From Bacteroidales bacterium (GTDB lineage Bacteria > Bacteroidota > Bacteroidia > Bacteroidales > JBEPYD01), in contig JBEPYD010000003.1 in NCBI GenBank assembly GCA_041641575.1, forward strand, positions 1 to 51,169: a stretch of DNA of 51,169 bases, given 5' to 3'. Below, in pieces: positions 29,642 through 38,728 of this stretch (position 1 is the stretch's first letter; each line of letters begins with the position of its first letter). The position numbers and the translations under genes were made by a program. The notes beneath the pieces were generated by a model that was not told the DNA's origin, searched no databases, and saw only the letters and a program-made list of their open reading frames with translations.

Positions 29642-29953
29642 TTATTTAGTTGCTTTTTCTTTAACGTTTTTTGCTTCTTGTTTTACTTGTTCTTCAAGCT
29701 TTGTAAATCTATCTTTAGCTTCATTTACAAAAGATGCCATAAAATCGCTTAAATTATCAACTTTGCTGGAAACGGTATCTTTAAAATCTTCTCCAAAGGC
29801 AGAAGAAGTATCTGCGATTTTTTTACGGGTAGTTGTGCCCTTTTCAGGTGCAAATAATATTCCCAGTGCAGCACCCGCGGCAGCTCCTGCGAAAAATCCG
29901 GCTAAAACATTTGAACTTTTACTCATTTCAATTTGGTTTTTAAGGTTTAACAT
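29642..29953 (-). CDS. YtxH domain-containing protein
   Basis: 103 aa. Signature G(F)FAGAAAGAALGILFAPEKGTTTRKKI, then a helical K/E-rich region. Confidence 0.8.
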   Translation of the reverse strand: MLNLKNQIEMSKSSNVLAGFFAGAAAGAALGILFAPEKGTTTRKKIADTSSAFGEDFKDTVSSKVDNLSDFMASFVNEAKDRFTKLEEQVKQEAKNVKEKATK

Positions 29954-30290
29954 TCAATAATCATCACCACTGTTGCAAGTTTCTTTTACTTACAATGCCT
30001 TTTTAGGCGCAAATGGTGTAGAAATTTAACATATCTCCATGCAGATTGTTCAACTTCAAACAGATTTAGCTGCCAAATTTCTTTATATAATTACTTTTTT
30101 AAAGAATGAGCTATATTTCACTAAACTGAAATTCTTTTAATATATTCGTTTTAAATAATTATTCACGGTTCATCAGTGTGAAACATTTAAATAACTTTTT
30201 ATAAGCACTATGCATTGTATTCCAAATAATCATCCGGGAATAGAAGTATACGGATGTTTTTATCATGATAGATATTAATTAAAATAAAAA

Positions 30291-31403
30291 ATGCACCTAA
30301 ACATAAGCCTCTCGAAAACAGTAAATATCCTACTGATAATTACCTTTATTTTTGCCTTGTTATATTTTGGCCGGCCGATCCTTATTCCCCTTACATTTAG
30401 TCTTATTATTTCAATGCTGCTGTATCCGGTATGTAACTTCCTTGAGAAATATAATATCCCGCGCATACCAGCCATTTTGTTTACATTCTTCCTGGTGGGG
30501 CTTGTTATATCCGGTTTATTTTACCTGTTAAGCAGTCAGGTTATTACCATGTTTAGCGAAATAAAAGATTTTTCGCAGGTGATGAATGACCTGCTAAATA
30601 AAATTTTGCTTTTTATTAATTCAAGAATATTACCCGGCGACCTCCGAATACAGGAAATCTACCAGCAGGAAAGAGAAAATTTATTACAATCATCATCCAA
30701 TATTATTAGCAAAACTATTTCCTCATCCACATCTTTCCTGGCAATTATTGTTTTTATAATTGTGTATACTTTTCTATTTCTGCTTTACCGCACTGCTTTT
30801 AAAGAATTTATTCTCACCAATATAATTAAAAAGAACAGCGCTTATGGAAAAGAGCTGGTATTTAGCATTCAAAAAGTAGCACAGAATTATTTTTATGGAT
30901 TGTTTATGGTCATTATTTTGATTGGCACCTTAAATGGACTTGGACTCTGGATTATAGGCATAGATTACCCTTTCCTTTTTGGATATCTTGCAGCCATTCT
31001 TACCGTTATTCCGTATATCGGAACCACGCTGGGCGGATTAATTCCAACCTTTTACGCCCTTATAAATTATGATAGCCTCTGGATCCCCATAGCCGTGCTG
31101 GCAGTGTTTTTTACCATCCAAACCATAGAAGGAAATATCCTGACACCGAAAATAGTAGGAGAACGGGTCAGTTTAAACCCGCTGTTTGCACTTATTGCTT
31201 TGCTCCTGGGAGGCATCCTGTGGGGTGTTGCCGGATTGATTCTATTTATTCCCTTAATGGCGATAATTAAAGTGGTATTTGACCATATTGATTCTTTAAA
31301 ACCTTATGGTTTATTGCTAAGTAGTGAGTTTGCCAATAACAAGGAAAGCATCTTCTCTCAACTGGTCCGCCGGCTGAAAGAAAAACGCAAAAAGAAAAAT
31401 TAA
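30291..31403 (+). CDS. AI-2E family transporter (PerM/YhhT-like permease)
   Basis: 370 aa multi-TM protein. Conserved C-terminal block IPYIG...G..P......Q.IEGNILTPKIVG..(V/L).LNP. Confidence 0.88.
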   Translation: MHLNISLSKTVNILLIITFIFALLYFGRPILIPLTFSLIISMLLYPVCNFLEKYNIPRIPAILFTFFLVGLVISGLFYLLSSQVITMFSEIKDFSQVMNDLLNKILLFINSRILPGDLRIQEIYQQERENLLQSSSNIISKTISSSTSFLAIIVFIIVYTFLFLLYRTAFKEFILTNIIKKNSAYGKELVFSIQKVAQNYFYGLFMVIILIGTLNGLGLWIIGIDYPFLFGYLAAILTVIPYIGTTLGGLIPTFYALINYDSLWIPIAVLAVFFTIQTIEGNILTPKIVGERVSLNPLFALIALLLGGILWGVAGLILFIPLMAIIKVVFDHIDSLKPYGLLLSSEFANNKESIFSQLVRRLKEKRKKKN

Positions 31404-32518
31404 TTTCTCAGTTTATTTTTCATTCTGTTAAAATAGGATTTTAAATTTCGGCCGCTGATACTGTGCTTTTGCGTTCCGCGTGTCCCCAGCAAAAAAGCAT
31501 AAGGCTGTAGGCTGTCGAAATTCTTGAAAATCCGCTTGAGCATGGCAAGAAAGGGCACAACTACAAGCATACCCGGAATTCCCCAAATCATGGCGCCTAC
31601 AATAAGGCTGAAAATAATGAAAAAGGGGTTTATTTTTAAACTGCTCCCTACAATGTTCGGTGTAAGTATGTTGTTTTCAATAAACTGAATAATGATAAAC
31701 AATATAAGTACACGCACAGCAAGCAAAGGTGTTTCGCCTATAAGAATAGCAAATAATAATGGAATTGCGCCTCCCATCAGTGTACCGAAATAAGGAATAA
31801 AATTAATCAGCGCACTAATTACCCCAAAAATTATGGGGTATTTCATTCCCACCAGGTAAAGCCCGAAAGAATTCAGCAGGCAAAGTATTGAAACCACAAT
31901 AACAACACCACCCATATAACGGGTAACTACCGTAGAGATATCACGAAGGATTTTAATGGTTACACGTTCCTTGTCGTCGGGAACAACTTTTAATATAAAG
32001 TATGCAAATTTTGTACGGTAGTATAAAAACAGAAAAATATATACCGGCATTAGAAAAATGCGTAACAACGTACCGGTTGTAGCAGAGAAAATGGCATTAA
32101 AATTCTGAGGGATATTTTCAAAAAAACCTGTCACCCACTGCTTTACATACTGGTCAAGAAAATCGTCCTGGAACCCAAAAACATTCTCAAGACTGTGTTG
32201 GTAGGTATCGATGTTTGATATGGCCTGCCGCTTCAGTTCAGGAAAATCAGAAAATAATGTGGTAAACTGGTCGTAGATAAACAATCCCCCGCCTGCAATT
32301 ACAATAAGCGCAAAGAGAATGCTTATAATAATTGAGAGGATACGTGGAAGCCCTTTCATCTCAAGGAAATTGGCAACCGGAAACAACAGGTATGCCAGCA
32401 ACACCCCAAAGGCTATAGGATAAAGAAATTCCCGTGCTGCTATTATGCCATAAATAAACAGAATAATTGCCAGAAGGAAGTAGGTGAAGCGCATCCCAAT
32501 GGGATATTTTTTTTGCAT
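31400..32518 (-). CDS. AI-2E family transporter (second, divergent paralog)
   Basis: 372 aa. Same architecture and motif block (IPYFG..MGGAIP...QFIENNILTPNIVGSSLKINP). Confidence 0.88.
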   Translation of the reverse strand: MQKKYPIGMRFTYFLLAIILFIYGIIAAREFLYPIAFGVLLAYLLFPVANFLEMKGLPRILSIIISILFALIVIAGGGLFIYDQFTTLFSDFPELKRQAISNIDTYQHSLENVFGFQDDFLDQYVKQWVTGFFENIPQNFNAIFSATTGTLLRIFLMPVYIFLFLYYRTKFAYFILKVVPDDKERVTIKILRDISTVVTRYMGGVVIVVSILCLLNSFGLYLVGMKYPIIFGVISALINFIPYFGTLMGGAIPLLFAILIGETPLLAVRVLILFIIIQFIENNILTPNIVGSSLKINPFFIIFSLIVGAMIWGIPGMLVVVPFLAMLKRIFKNFDSLQPYAFLLGTRGTQKHSISGRNLKSYFNRMKNKLRN

Positions 32519-32612
32519 ACTTTTAATTTTTACTTGTCTGTGCCATCTGGTAGCAAATTATCTGCCACAATATCTTTATATTTGGGCAACCAAAAATAAC
32601 CAAAATAGATTA

Positions 32613-33146
32613 ATGAATATCAAAAAAAATTTTCGCACCCTTATTTTAGTTCTGTTCCTCATTAGTGCTCCGGGTTTTCTGATGTATGCTTTCCTGCCCG
32701 CAGAAACCTCAGAAGCAAAAAACACCGATAATTCCAATGAATTATTTTTTGAAAATCCTTTCGGATACCCAATATCCCTTAAAAACTTCCGGCAGAACAT
32801 TTCACGCCTGAAAATTAATTCCCAGGCAGTATCCAACCACTATAATGAAAAGCAAGTTGATACTATTTATGCACTTTCCTTCCGCCAGTCAGAAATTAAA
32901 TTATATAAAGCAAAAGAAAAATCACTACTTATAAATGCGGATATTCAAAACAGGCGCATTAAACTTTATCAGAATATTCATGTTGGTATGAAGAAGGAAG
33001 AGCTTGAACAAAAGCTGGGCAGTATTCCTCAGATAAAAAATAACTCTATTACTTTGGAAGATAATGAAGGCCGAACCACATATTTGTTCTACTTTAACAG
33101 AAGAAAAAGACTGAGTCAGATTAAAATTCTAACAGATATAGAATAA
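32613..33146 (+). CDS. Hypothetical membrane-anchored/exported protein
   Basis: The ATG at 32613 gives MNIKKNFRTLILVLFLISAPGFLMYAF, a signal/anchor sequence. The longer track ORF (32484) would overlap the opposing permease gene, so I disfavour it. No family recognised. Confidence 0.5.
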   Translation: MNIKKNFRTLILVLFLISAPGFLMYAFLPAETSEAKNTDNSNELFFENPFGYPISLKNFRQNISRLKINSQAVSNHYNEKQVDTIYALSFRQSEIKLYKAKEKSLLINADIQNRRIKLYQNIHVGMKKEELEQKLGSIPQIKNNSITLEDNEGRTTYLFYFNRRKRLSQIKILTDIE

Positions 33147-33255
33147 ATATATTATTTGTTGGTTATACATACTTTATGTGCCATTTTTTCTATAATTTTA
33201 TAATTAGCAATTTTCACAATTGCTTAACGTTTGGTTTTAAAGACCAAAAAAGCCA

Positions 33256-33729
33256 ATGATAAAGAGATTACAATTTTATTTACTTACTATTTTTTTTGTA
33301 ACTGCATGCAATACAGGTGGCGACAGGAGCGCGCCAAATGGTAATACAGGAGAAAAGCGCGAAATTGAAAATACCCGCTTCAATTATTCATTTACTGTTC
33401 CCTCACAATGGAATGTGATAGATTCTAGTGATAATGGAGACGGATATTTTATTAATACCGGAAATGCATCCGCGGATGTACGTATTTATGCAATAATGGC
33501 AGATGTAAATGAAATGGACAGGTTTGAAGGCTTTGAATGTGATAAAAAAGCTGATTTCCGAATGGGTGAACACATGGGTTCAAAATGCATGAATAAGAAC
33601 GAAAGGGTTTATACTGTTGATTATAACGATAAAAGAGTTTATGTTTATGCCCATGCAGATGAATCATGGATTACGCATAATGAGCAGGTTCTGGAAGCCC
33701 TGGCAAGATCTGTTAGGGTAACAGAATAA
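33256..33729 (+). CDS. Hypothetical lipoprotein
   Basis: 157 aa. Signal peptide with lipobox-like FFVTAC. No family recognised. Confidence 0.55.
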   Translation: MIKRLQFYLLTIFFVTACNTGGDRSAPNGNTGEKREIENTRFNYSFTVPSQWNVIDSSDNGDGYFINTGNASADVRIYAIMADVNEMDRFEGFECDKKADFRMGEHMGSKCMNKNERVYTVDYNDKRVYVYAHADESWITHNEQVLEALARSVRVTE

Positions 33730-33783
33730 ATTATCTAATAGCTTCTGGTCAATTATAAAATGATTTTTTTAAAAGAAATTATA

Positions 33784-33791
33784 TATTTTTG
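33784..33791 (+). promoter_or_regulatory. Candidate Bacteroidota -7 promoter element (TAnnTTTG)
   Basis: TATTTTTG lies 27 nt upstream of the response-regulator ATG in an AT-rich leader. This is a motif match only. Confidence 0.3.
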
Positions 33792-33817
33792 CACTTAATA
33801 AAAAAATGTAGCCTTAC

Positions 33818-35158
33818 ATGAGAAAGATACTGGTAATCGATGATGATACCTACATTTGTAACCTTCTGGAAAACCTCCTGAACAACCACGGATACAAAGC
33901 AACCATTGCATATAAAGGGAGCTCCGGCTTAGACCTTTTCAAAAAAGAAGAGTTTGACCTGGTGCTTTTAGATTTTCGCCTGCCTGATACGGATGGGCTT
34001 AAAATGCTAAGTGAAATAAAAAAGATTAACGTTAAAATTCCTGTTATTATCATTACCGGATACAGTGATGTTCGTATTGCAGTGAAATTAATGAAAGCAG
34101 GAGCTTCTGATTATATCACTAAGCCCATTTATCACGAAGAAATACTGCAGTTAATTGAAAAAATACTCAACCAAAAAGCAGAACCCGTAAAGAAAAGTGA
34201 ATCTAAAGAACAATTCATTACCGGCGACAGCCGCAAGATGCGTGAGATAATGAAAATGACGGAGCTTGTAGCCCCCACAAAAATGACCGTGTTAATAGAA
34301 GGAGAAACCGGAAGTGGAAAAGAATATATCGCACGCGCCATTCACAGAAAAAGTCCACGCAGCAATAAAGCATTTATCGCTGTTGATTGTGGTGCAATTC
34401 CGAAAGACCTTGCCAACAGCGAGCTTTTTGGCCACGTAAAAGGTTCATTTACCGGTGCCATTAATGATAAAGCAGGCGTTTTTGAACAAGCCAATGGCGG
34501 TACTTTATTTATGGATGAAATAGGTAATCTTACCCTTGATATTCAGACAAAATTACTTCGTGCCCTCCAGGAGAGGGTTATCTCCCGCGTAGGCGATGAC
34601 CGCAATATTCCTGTTGATGTGCGTATAATTGTTGCCACCAACGAAGATCTGAAAGATTCTGTTAAAGAGAATGATTTCCGTGAAGACCTTTATCATCGGG
34701 TGAACGAGTTTAAAATAAACCTGCCGCCACTCAGAGAAAGGAGAGAGGATATACTCATATTTGCTAACTTTTTTATGAACCAGGCCAATGAGGATCTGGA
34801 CAAAAATGTACAGACTTTTAATGAAGAAGTAACGGAAATGCTGCAGGATTATCCATGGTATGGAAACCTGAGGGAGTTAAAAAACCTGATAAAAAGAAGT
34901 GTTTTGTTAGCCAAGGGATCTGAAATTACTACCCGTTGTTTCCCTGAAGAATTCCATCAGGAAGTTGCCAATGCAAAACCACTTAAAAAACAGGACAAAT
35001 CTGGTCTCAAATCTGCATCTATTGAAGCAGAAAAAGATATCATTCTAAAAGCCCTTGAAGAAGCCAATTACAATAAGTCTAAAGCAGCAAAACTGTTGAA
35101 TATCGATCGCAAAACGTTGTATAACAAAATCAATCAGTTTAAAATAAATCTGAACTAG
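33818..35158 (+). CDS. Sigma-54-dependent response regulator (NtrC family: REC, AAA+, HTH)
   Basis: 446 aa. REC domain (ILVIDDD...LLDFRLPDTDG). Walker A GETGSGKE. GAFTGA-type loop (GSFTGA). ELFGH, Walker B LFMDEIG. C-terminal Fis-type HTH (KSKAAKLLNIDRKTLYNKI). Confidence 0.93.
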   Translation: MRKILVIDDDTYICNLLENLLNNHGYKATIAYKGSSGLDLFKKEEFDLVLLDFRLPDTDGLKMLSEIKKINVKIPVIIITGYSDVRIAVKLMKAGASDYITKPIYHEEILQLIEKILNQKAEPVKKSESKEQFITGDSRKMREIMKMTELVAPTKMTVLIEGETGSGKEYIARAIHRKSPRSNKAFIAVDCGAIPKDLANSELFGHVKGSFTGAINDKAGVFEQANGGTLFMDEIGNLTLDIQTKLLRALQERVISRVGDDRNIPVDVRIIVATNEDLKDSVKENDFREDLYHRVNEFKINLPPLRERREDILIFANFFMNQANEDLDKNVQTFNEEVTEMLQDYPWYGNLRELKNLIKRSVLLAKGSEITTRCFPEEFHQEVANAKPLKKQDKSGLKSASIEAEKDIILKALEEANYNKSKAAKLLNIDRKTLYNKINQFKINLN

Positions 35159-35928
35159 TTTTTCACTATTCTGATCTCTGCAATTTCAATAATGCGGAGG
35201 GCAGAAGTTAGGGTAGACAAATCACTGAACAACTGTCCATTCTCGCCCGCAGGATGGCTATGGCCAACAGGGCTTAATTTATACACTTCTTTCAAATCGT
35301 TCATGTCTACCTGTGCTGCATAAACAATGGCCGGCTGGCTGGAAGATTTATAAGCATCATTATCAGGATACTTATTATTGGTCCAGTATTCATTCCAGTC
35401 CCAGCTCTGATTAATTTCAAAATAAACGGTAAATACCGCTGTGTTATCAAGGTCTAAGTTGGTTTTGAGCACAAAATCAGTAGTAGGCGTAGCGCCTGTA
35501 ACCGCATCGGGCATGGGTTTATCCGCTGATGGGATATAAAAACCATCTGCAGCCTTAATCCCCCTGCTGTGTCCCCAGTAAGGCAGAGCTGCCGGCCTGC
35601 GGATTTCTCCGGGCATCCACTTTCCTTTGTCTGCCTGCCCATGCCTGAAAATGCTGGTTGCAATAGATTCCGGTACATACAGGGTTTGTAAATACACAGA
35701 ATCTTTGCCTTCTGTCCATGCAGCCATCAGGGGGTAATTAAATGCCTCTCCCTTTTTTACGGTAAGTACTAACAAAGGGCCGGATATTGATTGATTGGTA
35801 ATCAGGGTATCAAAATCAGCATTAGCTGCAGTGGTAGGCGCTGTCGACTTACATCCTTTTGTCAGCAAAACAGCTGCTATAAGAAGGACAGATATAAATG
35901 CTGAAGTTATGGTTAGTCTGGAAATCAT
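35155..35928 (-). CDS. Hypothetical lipoprotein, possibly DUF2271-like, downstream of the TonB-dependent receptor
   Basis: The start at 35928 gives MISRLTITSAFISVLLIAAVLLTKGC, a signal peptide with lipobox. An upstream ATG at 35976 is also in frame. The DAVTGATP motif and LMAAWTEG...YLQTL segment resemble DUF2271 periplasmic proteins. The family call is tentative. Confidence 0.55.
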   Translation of the reverse strand: MISRLTITSAFISVLLIAAVLLTKGCKSTAPTTAANADFDTLITNQSISGPLLVLTVKKGEAFNYPLMAAWTEGKDSVYLQTLYVPESIATSIFRHGQADKGKWMPGEIRRPAALPYWGHSRGIKAADGFYIPSADKPMPDAVTGATPTTDFVLKTNLDLDNTAVFTVYFEINQSWDWNEYWTNNKYPDNDAYKSSSQPAIVYAAQVDMNDLKEVYKLSPVGHSHPAGENGQLFSDLSTLTSALRIIEIAEIRIVKN

Positions 35929-35984
35929 GGTTTTAGGTTTATATAAAGTTACTTTAATTTCTGGACTTAAATACATCCACCTTT

Positions 35985-38420
35985 TTAAAACTCCACTATA
36001 ATGCCGATAGTTGGTAGCACTGTTCCCTGGCCATCGCTTTCGATGGTGCGCAACTGATATCGCTGCTCAGTATAAGGAGCCGTTGGATTTAAAATTACAA
36101 CATTTCCCTCTTCATTTTCAATGGAAACCCTCGCGGGCTCTTCAGATTTATAGTTATAGACATTTTGTACATCAACATAAAACAAAAGAGACCATTTATC
36201 ATAAAAGAATTGTTTATCTACACGTATATCAAGCTGCTGAAATGAGCCCAGCCTCAGCGAGTTAAAACGACTGAAATCAAGATATTCCCTGCCACGTGTA
36301 TCCCAGGCTGCGCGCAGTGATGAAGTCTCAAAATCAACGGGCGTATAAGGGGCCCCTCCAACAAACCGCCATTTAAAACCTACATCCCAGTTTTTCTTAA
36401 AACTACGGGTAGCCGTCAGGGTTAGAATATGACGGTTGTCCCATGCGGTAGGGATATATTCATCCAGCACCTCCAGGTTTGGCCCGTGATCTTTAAACTC
36501 ACTCCGTACCCAGGTGTAGGCCAAAATAAGGTTAAACCCGAATAAATCCCGGCTTCGGGCCAGGAATTCTGCCCCATAAGCCCGGCCTTCAGAAATGCTC
36601 AATACTTCTTCATCACCGTAAATACCAAAATCACCTCCTTTGCTGGCAATAGAAATAGAATCCCTTAATGAAAACGGATATTTGGAGTATAATTTATAAA
36701 ATCCTTCCAAAGAAAGCTTTGTTTTATCGTCCGGATTAAAATCAAACCCGGCAACCAGATGATCAGCCTGAATATATTTTAAATTGTTGTCCCTGTTCAC
36801 CAGCTCTCCTTCTGAATTTCTGTATCCCATTGCAGTGTATGGTGGCCGTTGAAAATATCTTCCGGTATTAAAGTTTACAAACAACTGTGAAGTCAGTGCA
36901 TAAGAGGCGCTGAACCGGGGTGAAAACTGCTCAAGAGGGTTAGACATGCTCTCGGAATAAGTGTTTCCATCAGTTCGTAAACCCAGACTAAGCGTTAATT
37001 TATCATTAAAAAAATCGTTGCTTATCTGGCCAAAAAAACTGTAAGTATAGAGGTCGAGATAACTTTCATAATCAAGTACCGACAGCTCATTAGCTACAAA
37101 AACACGATTGAATGTTTCATTTGTATATTTTGCAAATGATGCGCCTGCACCATAATTAATCTTATATCCCCCGTTAAGCTGTGTGTTATATTCGTAGCGG
37201 AACTTATTCTCTATTTCGGCAGAAGTATAATCATAAATCTGAAGGGAATCTACCTCAATGTTGTCCTGGTATTTATATGCGCTGTTGTTTAAATAATTAC
37301 GACTCAATACCCATGTATCAAAGCCATTGTCTCTGAAATGCTTATACACAGCGCCTATGGAATAATTCCACTGCTCATTAACGGGCAGGTAATTCAGTAC
37401 ATATCGTTGAAACTCGGTTTCATTGGCATCCAGGTTCAGTGCAAATTCATCAATTGCACCCAGACCAACAATAATTAATTCATTTTTTTGGTTAAACCGG
37501 GTGCGGGTTTTAAACTGAAAATCGTTGTAAGTGGGTAAAAACGGAAGTTCCAGAACGGAGAATAAGAATTGCAGATATGAGCGCCGGGCAGAGGCTATAA
37601 AAGTAGTATTATCACCCAGCGGACCATCAAGGGTCAGTGCCAGATCAGATGCGCCTACGGAGGCCCGTACTTTAAGTTTCTCAGGGTTGCCATCTATCTG
37701 TCTGAATTCCAAAACAGAACTAAGTGCATTCCCCCTGTTTGCAGGAAAAGCGCCCGAGTAAAAATTTACTTCCCTGATAAAATCAACATTGATAATACCT
37801 ACAGGTCCGCCGGAGGCTCCCTGCGTGGCAAAATGATTAATGTTGGGTATTTCAATACCATCCAGGTAAAACCTGTTTTCACTGGCCCCACCACCCCTTA
37901 CAATAACATCATTACGAAAAGCAGGCGTGGATGCTACGCCAGGCAAAGATTGAATAACACGTGAAATATCTCTGTTTCCACCGGGGTTCTTCTCAATTTC
38001 TTTGATGCCTATTCTCCGGAGAGACACCGGACTGTCATCATTTCTCCTGAATGGCGAGGCTGCCACCGTAATCTCATTCAATTCCACTGTACTGGTATTT
38101 AAAGGTATTTCTACAAAAACCTTTTTTGCGTTGGTAACCAGGATTTGCTCCGAAATATAGGGTTCAAAACCCACGGAGGAGACGCGCAGCTCCACGAAAC
38201 CCGGCGTTACACCAGTAAAAAGGAAATTCCCATCCATATCGCTTACAGCACCTACATTGGTGCCCCATATTACAATGTTGGCAAATGGAACCGGTTCATT
38301 GTTCTGTGCATTATAAATGCGGCCTTCAATAATTCCTTTCCCTTCGTCCTGCGCAAGGAGCAATAGAGGAGTGAGAAACAAGCTGAAAAGGAGATATAAA
38401 AAAACTGTTCTATTTTTCAC
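35985..38420 (-). CDS. TonB-dependent receptor with N-terminal carboxypeptidase-regulatory-like domain
   Basis: 811 aa with a GTG start. Signal peptide. CarboxypepD_reg-like segment (G.I.GRIYNA.NNEP(V)PFANI....T..G..SD.DG.F). Plug domain (RGGG..ENR..LDGI). Barrel ends in a terminal aromatic residue (..IGIIVEF). Confidence 0.9.
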   Translation of the reverse strand: MKNRTVFLYLLFSLFLTPLLLLAQDEGKGIIEGRIYNAQNNEPVPFANIVIWGTNVGAVSDMDGNFLFTGVTPGFVELRVSSVGFEPYISEQILVTNAKKVFVEIPLNTSTVELNEITVAASPFRRNDDSPVSLRRIGIKEIEKNPGGNRDISRVIQSLPGVASTPAFRNDVIVRGGGASENRFYLDGIEIPNINHFATQGASGGPVGIINVDFIREVNFYSGAFPANRGNALSSVLEFRQIDGNPEKLKVRASVGASDLALTLDGPLGDNTTFIASARRSYLQFLFSVLELPFLPTYNDFQFKTRTRFNQKNELIIVGLGAIDEFALNLDANETEFQRYVLNYLPVNEQWNYSIGAVYKHFRDNGFDTWVLSRNYLNNSAYKYQDNIEVDSLQIYDYTSAEIENKFRYEYNTQLNGGYKINYGAGASFAKYTNETFNRVFVANELSVLDYESYLDLYTYSFFGQISNDFFNDKLTLSLGLRTDGNTYSESMSNPLEQFSPRFSASYALTSQLFVNFNTGRYFQRPPYTAMGYRNSEGELVNRDNNLKYIQADHLVAGFDFNPDDKTKLSLEGFYKLYSKYPFSLRDSISIASKGGDFGIYGDEEVLSISEGRAYGAEFLARSRDLFGFNLILAYTWVRSEFKDHGPNLEVLDEYIPTAWDNRHILTLTATRSFKKNWDVGFKWRFVGGAPYTPVDFETSSLRAAWDTRGREYLDFSRFNSLRLGSFQQLDIRVDKQFFYDKWSLLFYVDVQNVYNYKSEEPARVSIENEEGNVVILNPTAPYTEQRYQLRTIESDGQGTVLPTIGIIVEF

Positions 38421-38668
38421 GTTCAGATTAAGATAATGTGATTACGTTGTTGCTGAGGAAAAAACGTTGGGAGTAGTTTTTTGTTCAACAATTCTGAATA
38501 ATCACTAAACAACAAGAGTTAAAAAACTGATTATCTGTATCTTTAAATATTAAATATTATAATTTGCCTCCCTGCAAAGTAATTCGAGCTATAAATGCAT
38601 TCAGATTCCAAAAGCTCTGGTATTGAACAGAAATGCTTATGATATATGCATAATGCTATTGAAATTAC

Positions 38669-38676
38669 TAACTTTG
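38669..38676 (+). promoter_or_regulatory. Candidate Bacteroidota -7 promoter element (TAnnTTTG) upstream of pepA
   Basis: TAACTTTG lies 52 nt upstream of the pepA ATG. This is a motif match only, and I found no clear -33 element. Confidence 0.25.
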
Positions 38677-38728
38677 GGTTTTTAAAAGAAATTATAGCCT
38701 AATTATAACTTACTGATATTGATCATAT

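Noticed and set aside
30275-30475. 66-aa minus-strand ORF over the start of the first AI-2E permease
   Set aside because: It is antisense to a supported multi-TM gene and shows no recognisable features.
32484-32612. Longer N-terminus (start at 32484) for the hypothetical protein ending at 33146
   Set aside because: It would overlap the start of the opposing AI-2E permease gene by 35 nt. It would also add a Cys/Phe-rich non-signal segment. The internal ATG at 32613 gives a clean signal/anchor peptide.
38590-38615. Sigma-54-like element on the minus strand (TGGAAT...ATGCA) upstream of the TonB-dependent receptor
   Set aside because: The GG-to-GC spacing is one nucleotide short of the canonical -24/-12 geometry, and the -24 box (TGGAAT) deviates from TGGCAC. 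It is not credible without a proper position weight matrix scan.
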